Source: Bdellovibrionales bacterium
Lineage (GTDB): Bacteria > Bdellovibrionota > Bdellovibrionia > Bdellovibrionales > UBA1609
Reading direction: 5' to 3'
Assembly: GCA_041690295.1 (NCBI GenBank)
Contig: JAWLHR010000004.1
Span: 20,919-84,918, forward strand
Length of the DNA stretch: 64,000 bases
Below the pieces are notes generated by a model. The model saw only the letters and a program-made list of their open reading frames with translations, ran no database searches and was not told the DNA's origin. The position numbers and the translations under genes are program-made. Below, piece after piece: positions 18,882 through 26,555 of the stretch (position 1 is the stretch's first letter; each line of letters starts with the position of its first letter).

Positions 18882-20062
18882 AGTACGATATTTTCTTAAG
18901 CATTTGTCAGACCGAAGTGGACGGTTACCTGCCGAGCGAGCGGGTGATGTTCGAAAATTTCTTCGACCAAGTTCGATTGGCGGATGAACTGGGGTTTGAA
19001 ACCGCGTGGGTGGCTGAAACCCATCTTTCTTGTGAAATTCAAAAACACGGGCCGCAACCGGTGATCCCCCATTTCCGGGGGGAAATCGGGCTTAACACCG
19101 ACATTCTTCAGCTGGCCCATGTGATTTTCTCGCAAACCCGCCGCATCCAGGTGGGCTCCGCGATTCGAAATATTTTTTGTAACGGTGGTCCGATCGCCCA
19201 TGCGGAAGCCATTCGGACCTTTTTGGCGTTACATGGCCTCAAGGAAAATGAATCGCGAAAATTAAATATCGGCTTCGCATCCGGAAGGTTCGATTTTTCC
19301 AATCGTCCCTATGGAATCGTTCCGCGAAACGAAGTGGAAAAGAAAGCCTGGGCGGTGGTGAAAGGTAAAATCCTTTGTGAGGCCACGGAGATTTTTCTCC
19401 GCCTCCTAAAGGGCGAAAAAATCTCACGCGCTGATGTTCCGACTTATTATTTGGAAGAAAAAGATTTTCGTAAAAAAGAAGATTGGGAAGAAGTTTATAA
19501 GCTGGCGGGCAAAGACCGCATCCCCATCGCCCCTTTTTGGAATTTCGAGCGCGTAGGCATAATCCCCACGGATGTCCGTCTGGATCTCTTACAGCTGACG
19601 ATTGGAACCCACGATCCTGGTGCGCAAATTCTGGCCAATAAGATCCTGCCTGTCGGGGTTTTCAATCTTTCCATCACGCCGCCCGAAGTGATCGAAGCCA
19701 CCCATGCGAGAATGCGCGAGCATTACCATCCCGACGGTGGGCCGTGGCGAAGGGATCTCATGCCGCGAACGGCGATGGTCTTCCTCGAGGAAACAACGGA
19801 AAAAGCCAGGGAAGCGGCGGAAAAAGCCTGGGCGGTTTATTGGAAGGCGATGGAAGGCACCATCGATTCACGCAAAGTCGAGCAGGCCGTGAACAACGCC
19901 TTGGCCGGAAACGCCGAGGATCTCGCGGGGCAGATCCGCGCCAAGTATCACAAAGACGATCGTTTAATGCTCTGGTTTGATTTCAACAACCACGACAACG
20001 AGCATATCAAACGCAGCATGACGGAATTTAAAAATCGGGTCGTCCCGCTGTTGGAGGGATAG
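18878..20062 (+). CDS. LLM-class flavin-dependent oxidoreductase (probable CTG start)
   Basis: In-frame extension (M)KYDIFLSICQTEVDG; ADELGFETAWVAETH motif. Confidence 0.85.
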   Translation: MKYDIFLSICQTEVDGYLPSERVMFENFFDQVRLADELGFETAWVAETHLSCEIQKHGPQPVIPHFRGEIGLNTDILQLAHVIFSQTRRIQVGSAIRNIFCNGGPIAHAEAIRTFLALHGLKENESRKLNIGFASGRFDFSNRPYGIVPRNEVEKKAWAVVKGKILCEATEIFLRLLKGEKISRADVPTYYLEEKDFRKKEDWEEVYKLAGKDRIPIAPFWNFERVGIIPTDVRLDLLQLTIGTHDPGAQILANKILPVGVFNLSITPPEVIEATHARMREHYHPDGGPWRRDLMPRTAMVFLEETTEKAREAAEKAWAVYWKAMEGTIDSRKVEQAVNNALAGNAEDLAGQIRAKYHKDDRLMLWFDFNNHDNEHIKRSMTEFKNRVVPLLEG

Positions 20063-20064
20063 TC

Positions 20065-21507
20065 ATGGAGCGGTTAAGTAATTTTATCAATGGCGAGTAT
20101 GTCGAGCCCAAAGAGCAGAAATACATCGAGAAGATTTCACCTCGTACGGGTAAAAAAATCTACGATCTGCCGGATTCCACGGAAATTGATGTGGTGACGG
20201 CGGTGAAAGCCGCGGCGGATGCGTTTCCCGCCTGGGCGAAAACGCCGGCCCAGGAGAAAAGCCGGATCTTGAATCGCTTGGCCGATTTGGTTGAAGCGAA
20301 CTTGGAAGAACTGGCCCGCGCCGAATCCGAAGACGTGGGTAAGCCGCTGGAGCTGGCTCGCACGCTGGATATTCCGCGCGTGGCGTGGAATTTTCGTTTC
20401 TTTGCCGCCAAAATTCTCCATAAGACCGAAATGGCCAGCGACATGGACGGCGAGGCGATCAATTATGTGCTTCGCCAGCCGGTTGGTGTCGCGGGTTTGA
20501 TCGCGCCTTGGAATTTGCCGCTTTATCTTTTGAGCTGGAAAATCGCGCCGGCCATCGCCTTTGGCAACACGGTGGTTTGCAAGCCCTCTGAGTTCACTTC
20601 TAAAACGGCTTATTTATTCGCGAGACTTCTCAACGAGGCGGGGATTCCCAAAGGTGTATGCAACATAATTCTTGGTCGCGGTGAACCGGCGGGAAGTTAT
20701 TTGGTGAAACATCCGGCGGTGCCGTTGATATCTTTCACCGGAGGCACGGCCACCGGTGAAAAAATTCAGTCCATGGCGGCGTCAAATTTTAAAAAAGTCA
20801 GTTTGGAATTGGGTGGTAAGAACGCCACGATCGTTCTTAAAGACGCGGACCTCAGCAAAGCCATCCCGCAGATTGTAAGATCGAGCTTTCTCAATCAAGG
20901 TGAGATTTGCCTTTGTGGCTCGAAGATTCTCGTTCAAGAGGAAATTTATCCGGAGTTTATCACCAAGTTCGTCGAGCAGGTGAAGGCGCTTAAAGTCGGT
21001 GATCCATTCGAAAAAGAAACGTTCATGGGTCCGCTGATTTCAAAACAGCATTACGATAAAGTGACGAGTCTCTTGGAAGTGGCCAAGAAAGATGGCGGCA
21101 AAATCCTCACCGGCGGTGATCGTCCGCAATTAACGGCCGAACTGAAAGACGGGTATTTTTTGAATCCCACCGTCATTGAAGACCTCACCAATTGCAGCGA
21201 AATCCATCAAACCGAAATTTTCGGTCCTCTGGTGACGGTGAATTCGGTTAAATATCCGCACGATGCCGTGAAGTGGGCGAATAATTCTCCATACGGCTTA
21301 TCGGCCAGTATCTGGACCAAAAATCTCACGCTCGCGCATAAGCTTGCCGCCGAACTGAAGGTGGGAACCGTTTGGGTGAACACCTGGCTTAAGCGCGATC
21401 TGCGCATGCCTTTTGGCGGAATGAAAGCCTCGGGCCTCGGGCGCGAGGGCGGCGAACACTCGTTGGAATTTTTCACCGAGAGTAAAACCGTATGTGTGCA
21501 ACTTTAA
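20065..21507 (+). CDS. aldehyde dehydrogenase, 2-aminomuconate-6-semialdehyde dehydrogenase-like
   Basis: PWNLPLYLLSWK, FTGGT, LELGGKN, NQGEICLCGS, RDLRMPFGG; operon context. Confidence 0.88.
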   Translation: MERLSNFINGEYVEPKEQKYIEKISPRTGKKIYDLPDSTEIDVVTAVKAAADAFPAWAKTPAQEKSRILNRLADLVEANLEELARAESEDVGKPLELARTLDIPRVAWNFRFFAAKILHKTEMASDMDGEAINYVLRQPVGVAGLIAPWNLPLYLLSWKIAPAIAFGNTVVCKPSEFTSKTAYLFARLLNEAGIPKGVCNIILGRGEPAGSYLVKHPAVPLISFTGGTATGEKIQSMAASNFKKVSLELGGKNATIVLKDADLSKAIPQIVRSSFLNQGEICLCGSKILVQEEIYPEFITKFVEQVKALKVGDPFEKETFMGPLISKQHYDKVTSLLEVAKKDGGKILTGGDRPQLTAELKDGYFLNPTVIEDLTNCSEIHQTEIFGPLVTVNSVKYPHDAVKWANNSPYGLSASIWTKNLTLAHKLAAELKVGTVWVNTWLKRDLRMPFGGMKASGLGREGGEHSLEFFTESKTVCVQL

Positions 21508-21517
21508 GGGGGATGGA

Positions 21518-22408
21518 ATGAGTAAAGGTCAAATCGTGGCGGGCGTGTTGGCGCCCCATCCACCACACCTCGTTTACGCGGAAAATCCACCACAAAATGA
21601 ACCGCGCGCGGAATGCGGTTGGGAAAACTTGCGTTGGGCCTATGAACGCTTAAGAAAATCGCTCTCTCAAGTCGACTATGACGTTTTAGTGGTCCATTCA
21701 CCGCATTGGCGCACCAACTCGGGCACGCATTTTCTAGGCGTTCCCCATTTCAAATCCCTGTCGGTGGATCCGATTTTTCCCAATCTCTTTCGCTTCCATT
21801 ACGATCTTCGCGTGGATATGGCGTTGGCCGAAGCCATCTGCGATGAGGCTTCGCGCGCCGGTCTTGAAACGGAGATGATGCGCAATCCGGATTTCCGTAT
21901 CGACTACGGCACCATTGTTTCCTGTCACATGACCAATCCCGCTTGGAATAAGCCGATCGTGGGCATTTCCAGTGTGGGCGCGGCCAAGTACTTCAACATG
22001 GACGTGATGCAGGCCATGATGTTCAAGCTGGGGCAGGCGACCCGCAAGGCCATCGAAGCCAGCGGACGAAAAGCGATCCTGCTGGCGAGCAATTCCTTGA
22101 GCCATAGACACTTCACCAAAGAAGGCCCCGTGCCCGAAGACATGAGCAAGGAGCACATCAACAATCACAATCAGTATCTTTGGGATATGAAAATGATCGA
22201 TCTCATGCGCCGGGGTAAATCCCGTGAAGTGGTCGACATCATGACCGACTTCACCGAGCAGGCGGTGGCGGAAACCGACGGTGGATCGCTCACCTGGTTG
22301 CTCGCCGCCTTGGATTTCCCGGAATATCCGGCGGAACTGCATGGGTATGGCACGGTGATCGGCACCGGCAACGCGGTGATGGAATGGCGGGAAGGAGCGG
22401 TCCGATGA
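21518..22408 (+). CDS. 2-aminophenol 1,6-dioxygenase beta (catalytic) subunit-like, LigB/type II extradiol family
   Basis: APHPPHLVYAENPPQNEP, HSPHW, DYGT, SHRH, YGTVIGTGNAV. Confidence 0.85.
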   Translation: MSKGQIVAGVLAPHPPHLVYAENPPQNEPRAECGWENLRWAYERLRKSLSQVDYDVLVVHSPHWRTNSGTHFLGVPHFKSLSVDPIFPNLFRFHYDLRVDMALAEAICDEASRAGLETEMMRNPDFRIDYGTIVSCHMTNPAWNKPIVGISSVGAAKYFNMDVMQAMMFKLGQATRKAIEASGRKAILLASNSLSHRHFTKEGPVPEDMSKEHINNHNQYLWDMKMIDLMRRGKSREVVDIMTDFTEQAVAETDGGSLTWLLAALDFPEYPAELHGYGTVIGTGNAVMEWREGAVR

Positions 22409-23364
22409 TGAATTCTCATATCGTCAAAGGTTATGTTCTTCCTGGACTTCCCCATTTGTGGCTTTGTCCCAAAGCCAATCCCGGATGGCACAAGGTCCGT
22501 CAGGCGATGGATCAGGTGGGCCAGGAAATTGAAACTTCCGACGCCGATGTTCTTTTGATTTATTCCACTTACTGGTCGAGCGTGATCGGACATCAGATCC
22601 AAGCCCGTCCCGAGCCGGAGTGGGTGCATGTGGACGATCAATTCCACGCGCTGGGAAGTATTCCCTATAAATTAAGAATCGATCGTGACCTGGCGCTCGC
22701 CTATGTGGAAGCCGCCAAGGAGCGAAAGCTTGAAGCGCGCGCCATTGATTATCACGGATTCCCCATCGACACGGGATCGGTCGTGGTTTCGAAGATCGTC
22801 AATCCGCGCAACCGGATTCCGGCGGTGATTGTCTCAAGCAATGTGTATTCCGACCGGGCCGAGACCATTGTTTTAGGAAAAGCGGCGCGTGATGCGCTTG
22901 AAAAGCAAAACAAAAAAGCCATCGCTATTGTGATCACGTCCCTTTCCAACCGGATTCACGAAAAGAAGGTGGAGCCCAAGGATGACCACATTCATTCTCT
23001 GAAAGATCAGGAATGGAATCTGAAATTCCTCGAGTTTCTCGGCGAAGGACGGCTCGAAGATGTTTCACAGCTGTCCCGGCAGTTTCATAAAGAGGCTCGC
23101 GTGAACAAAGTGGCCAACTTCAAACCGTTTTGGTGGTTGGCGGCGGTGATGGGTCAGAACAACTACTACACCGGTCAGGTTTACGAATACCAACCCATCT
23201 ACGGAAGTGGCGCGGCGGTGGTTGGACTCACGCCGGCGCTTCGCGCCGCCCGCGATTTGGAATTCGATGAGAGCGATCCGGACATTTATCCCGGTGAGCG
23301 CAATGTTTTAGGCGGCGATCCGCACGCCCAACCCGAACTCGCCACGGACATGGATCATGAGTAA
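22405..23364 (+). CDS. 2-aminophenol 1,6-dioxygenase alpha subunit-like (metal ligands absent)
   Basis: YSTYW, GFPIDTG, YGSGAAV; paralogous to the upstream beta subunit. Confidence 0.8.
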   Translation: MMNSHIVKGYVLPGLPHLWLCPKANPGWHKVRQAMDQVGQEIETSDADVLLIYSTYWSSVIGHQIQARPEPEWVHVDDQFHALGSIPYKLRIDRDLALAYVEAAKERKLEARAIDYHGFPIDTGSVVVSKIVNPRNRIPAVIVSSNVYSDRAETIVLGKAARDALEKQNKKAIAIVITSLSNRIHEKKVEPKDDHIHSLKDQEWNLKFLEFLGEGRLEDVSQLSRQFHKEARVNKVANFKPFWWLAAVMGQNNYYTGQVYEYQPIYGSGAAVVGLTPALRAARDLEFDESDPDIYPGERNVLGGDPHAQPELATDMDHE

Positions 23365-24454
23365 AAAGTTTATCGATATCGAAGACGTTTACCCTGATGA
23401 TCCGTTTGGGGAGTCAAAGAAAGACTTGCCCACGGGACGCGACGTGGAATGGGAACCGCTCGTCGATTATCGGCGAAACGGCGTCAGCGAAAATACGGTT
23501 CATGGGGCGGTGGCCTGGTATAGCGGAGATCAGTTGATCCACTCCTTCGGTGGAAACGTCCTTTGTTACGGCCGCTCCATGATGAAGCCGTTTTACATCA
23601 AAGTTTTTGCCGAAGAGCTTAAGGACACCACTGATTGGCGACAAAAGGCGATATCGGTCGCTTCACATAACGGCACGGCCGAACACGTCGAGGTCTCGCA
23701 ATCCCTGTTGAGCGAGAGTGAGTGGGGCCTGATGCAAACCCCGCTTGATCTGCCGCTCGTGCAGTTCGGCCGGCAGGTGCGTAGACCCCGCCGGTGGTTC
23801 AATAACTCCAGTGGTCATCACGCCGCGATTCTAAAGGGTTGCCGGCTTAAAGGTTGGAACCGGGCTGGTTACACATTGCCGTCCCATCCGGTTTACCAAG
23901 AGTACCTGAAGGTGGTGAGGCGTTATCTTGGCGAGAACTTCACTCCCAAACGGGTTGCGCGCGACGGAGATGGTTTGCCCACGATCGCCATGACGGTTAA
24001 GGAACTGGCCCAGTGCTATGCGGGGCTTGCGAAAAACCGCAATGAAGATTGGATTTGGGAATCGATGATCCGTTACCCCGATTTGGTGGGCGGATTCAAT
24101 CGTCTCGACACCACCGTTATGAAGTCTTGCCGAGGTGAGGTGATCGCCAAGGAAGGGGCGGATGGCTTGCTCGGAATGGGGATTGTCCATAAGGATTATC
24201 CCGATGGTCTTGGCATCGTGATTAAAATCGCCCACGGATGGAACCCGCAAGCCACCTGGTATGTGGCGCGGGGGATTTTAGGTGTGTTGGGATTCATCCT
24301 GAGAAATCCCTATCCGCTCCGCCGGCAAAAGGCCTTTTTGGTTCCCGGCGTGGTGCCGGCGAAGTATCTGGATCATCTGCGACAGATCCCCACCTGGGAC
24401 GAGTGGGATCCCGATATCGATCGTTGGTATTTTGAACCCAACCAAACTCTCTGA
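23357..24454 (+). CDS. asparaginase II (class 3) family amidohydrolase with variant metal site
   Basis: RSMMKPF, ASHNG, NNSSGHH, DGDGLP, AKEGADG. Confidence 0.8.
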   Translation: MSKKFIDIEDVYPDDPFGESKKDLPTGRDVEWEPLVDYRRNGVSENTVHGAVAWYSGDQLIHSFGGNVLCYGRSMMKPFYIKVFAEELKDTTDWRQKAISVASHNGTAEHVEVSQSLLSESEWGLMQTPLDLPLVQFGRQVRRPRRWFNNSSGHHAAILKGCRLKGWNRAGYTLPSHPVYQEYLKVVRRYLGENFTPKRVARDGDGLPTIAMTVKELAQCYAGLAKNRNEDWIWESMIRYPDLVGGFNRLDTTVMKSCRGEVIAKEGADGLLGMGIVHKDYPDGLGIVIKIAHGWNPQATWYVARGILGVLGFILRNPYPLRRQKAFLVPGVVPAKYLDHLRQIPTWDEWDPDIDRWYFEPNQTL

Positions 24455-24457
24455 GGA

Positions 24458-24889
24458 ATGGCGATGAAGAGCGAAAAACATCATTCAGAACGCGCGCCCG
24501 AGCCGGTGGGACCTTATCCTCATGCGAGAAGGGTGGGGGACTTCATTTTCGTCTCGGGAATGGGGCCGCGCCGACCGGGTCAACAGGAGATTCCGGGCGT
24601 GCACATGGATGCCAGAGGGCGCGTGATTTCCCATGACATCAGCGCGCAAACCCACTCGGTGATCACGAACATCAAAAATGTATTGGAAGACATGGGATCG
24701 GGTTTGAAGGACGTTGTCGATGTGACGGTGTTTTTAACCGACATGAAGAACGATTTTAAAACTTTCAATAAAGTTTACGGCGAATATTTCGCGGACATCG
24801 GGCCCACACGGACCACGGTGGAGGTGTTGTCTTTACCCACCCCCATCGCAGTGGAACTTAAGGTGATTGCTTATTGTCCAAAACGTTAA
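24458..24889 (+). CDS. RidA family protein, probable 2-aminomuconate deaminase
   Basis: APEPVGPYPHARRVG, PTRTTVEV..LPTPIAVELK. Confidence 0.85.
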   Translation: MAMKSEKHHSERAPEPVGPYPHARRVGDFIFVSGMGPRRPGQQEIPGVHMDARGRVISHDISAQTHSVITNIKNVLEDMGSGLKDVVDVTVFLTDMKNDFKTFNKVYGEYFADIGPTRTTVEVLSLPTPIAVELKVIAYCPKR

Positions 24890-26388
24890 AGATCCTCATC
24901 GGCATTTTACTTGTTGTTGGGATGAAGGCGAATGCCCAAATCGTCTATGGCATTCCCCATCGCATATCCTCGCTGAATCCCTTCGCCATATCGGGGATTG
25001 ACTCCTACGAGGTGACCGGGCTTTTGCTCGAGCCTTTGGCGCGCATCGATCCTTACACCAGGGACTTAATCCCGTGGCTGGCCACGAAGTGGGACATCGA
25101 CCAAAAGAAAAAAATCATTAGTGTCCGTCTTCGCACCGATGTGTATTTTCAAAATGGCCGAAAACTGGATGCGGAAGATGTCGTCTTCACCTGGCGTGCG
25201 TACCAGGATCCAAATAATAAGGGCGGCATTTGGACGCCGATGTGGTCGCAGGTCACGGACATCAAGGTGAAGTCCCCTGATCAGGTGGAATTCCAATTGA
25301 AGCGAATCGAATTTCAAGTCGTCTTGAATATTTTGACGGCCATGCGGATTCTTCCGCGCGATTTTTACGATTTTAAGTCCCGAGAAAAGTGGAACACGCG
25401 GATGGTCGGCAGCGGACCGTTTCAATTGACGAAGTTTAAACCGGACCAAGCCGTTCACCTGAAACCCAATCTCAAGTGGTGGGGCTGGAAAGAGTTTGGC
25501 TTGAAACCGGCGCCGAATCTCGTGATCAAACCGGTGGCGGACGCGCGCCTGGCCGCTCAGATGCATGAAAAACGTGAGCTAGATGTTTATCGCGTACCGC
25601 CCGGGGATTTGGATTTGTTAAACAATAAAACGCCGTCTCCGTTTAAAAATCCGTTTGGTTACGGAATCAGCCTGGGGATGAATCTTCGCGCCACTTTTCT
25701 AAAAGATAAAAATGTTCGTGAAGCGCTCGTGTTATTGTGGAACCGCGAGTTCGTGAACGATAAGGTTTTTGGCCGTCGGCTTCGGATCGCCTTGGACAGT
25801 TTTTCGCCCCTTATGCCGTGGTATCCAAAGGGTGAGCCGGTGCAATTCAACAAATCACGGGCCATTGAAAAGCTGAAGAAGGCCGGGTGGCGCGCGAAAG
25901 ACTCAAAGCTGGTCAACGCCAAAGGCGAAGAATTGCGGCTTAAAGTTTTGGTGGGTTCGGAGTCGATGGAACAATGGGTGCACTTCTTCCAATCAGACGC
26001 CGATCAAGTGGGCATCAAGATTTCCATTGAGCGGGTTCTGGACGAATCCCAATGGTGGCATTTGGTGAACGAGGGTAAGTTTGATTTATTGGCCTACGAA
26101 GGTCCGCTCAGCGAGCGGCCGCACCATTCCGTGTTTCACTCCAAAGCCGCCTACAACAGCTCGGGCCTCAATGACGAAAAAATCGATCAATTGCTTGAGC
26201 GCTTAGAGGTGGAACTCGATCCCAAGAAAAGAAAGCCAATGAACGCCGAGTTGATCCGTGCCTTACGTGAAAAAGTGATCGAAGTGCCCGGACTTTACAC
26301 CGACCAAACGTTTTACCTTCTCTCCGCGCGCGTGACTTTGGACCAGCGTTATCCGGAACACGTCTGGCGCTGGCGATTAAAAGATTGA
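24874..26388 (+). CDS. family-5 ABC transporter substrate-binding protein
   Basis: Signal peptide; PWLA, F.NG..LDAEDVVFT, VGSGPF, VREAL. Confidence 0.85.
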   Translation: MSKTLKILIGILLVVGMKANAQIVYGIPHRISSLNPFAISGIDSYEVTGLLLEPLARIDPYTRDLIPWLATKWDIDQKKKIISVRLRTDVYFQNGRKLDAEDVVFTWRAYQDPNNKGGIWTPMWSQVTDIKVKSPDQVEFQLKRIEFQVVLNILTAMRILPRDFYDFKSREKWNTRMVGSGPFQLTKFKPDQAVHLKPNLKWWGWKEFGLKPAPNLVIKPVADARLAAQMHEKRELDVYRVPPGDLDLLNNKTPSPFKNPFGYGISLGMNLRATFLKDKNVREALVLLWNREFVNDKVFGRRLRIALDSFSPLMPWYPKGEPVQFNKSRAIEKLKKAGWRAKDSKLVNAKGEELRLKVLVGSESMEQWVHFFQSDADQVGIKISIERVLDESQWWHLVNEGKFDLLAYEGPLSERPHHSVFHSKAAYNSSGLNDEKIDQLLERLEVELDPKKRKPMNAELIRALREKVIEVPGLYTDQTFYLLSARVTLDQRYPEHVWRWRLKD

Positions 26389-26505
26389 CGAAATTCTCGA
26401 ACATTAATTCGACGGTTCTCGCCAACTTTGGTGAAGTTCAAAAAATCGTCATTCTTCTGATCAAGTACTCATTTCAGGATGAGCCGTAAACCCTTATTTT
26501 CTTTA

Positions 26506-26532
26506 TAAAATATTTTGTCCAAGTGACGATAA
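26506..26532 (+). promoter_or_regulatory. putative sigma28 (FliA) promoter
   Basis: TAAA-N15-GACGATAA, one mismatch to TAAA-N15-GCCGATAA. Confidence 0.6.
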
Positions 26533-26555
26533 ATGATTGAGGAGAGGGTGGGGCC

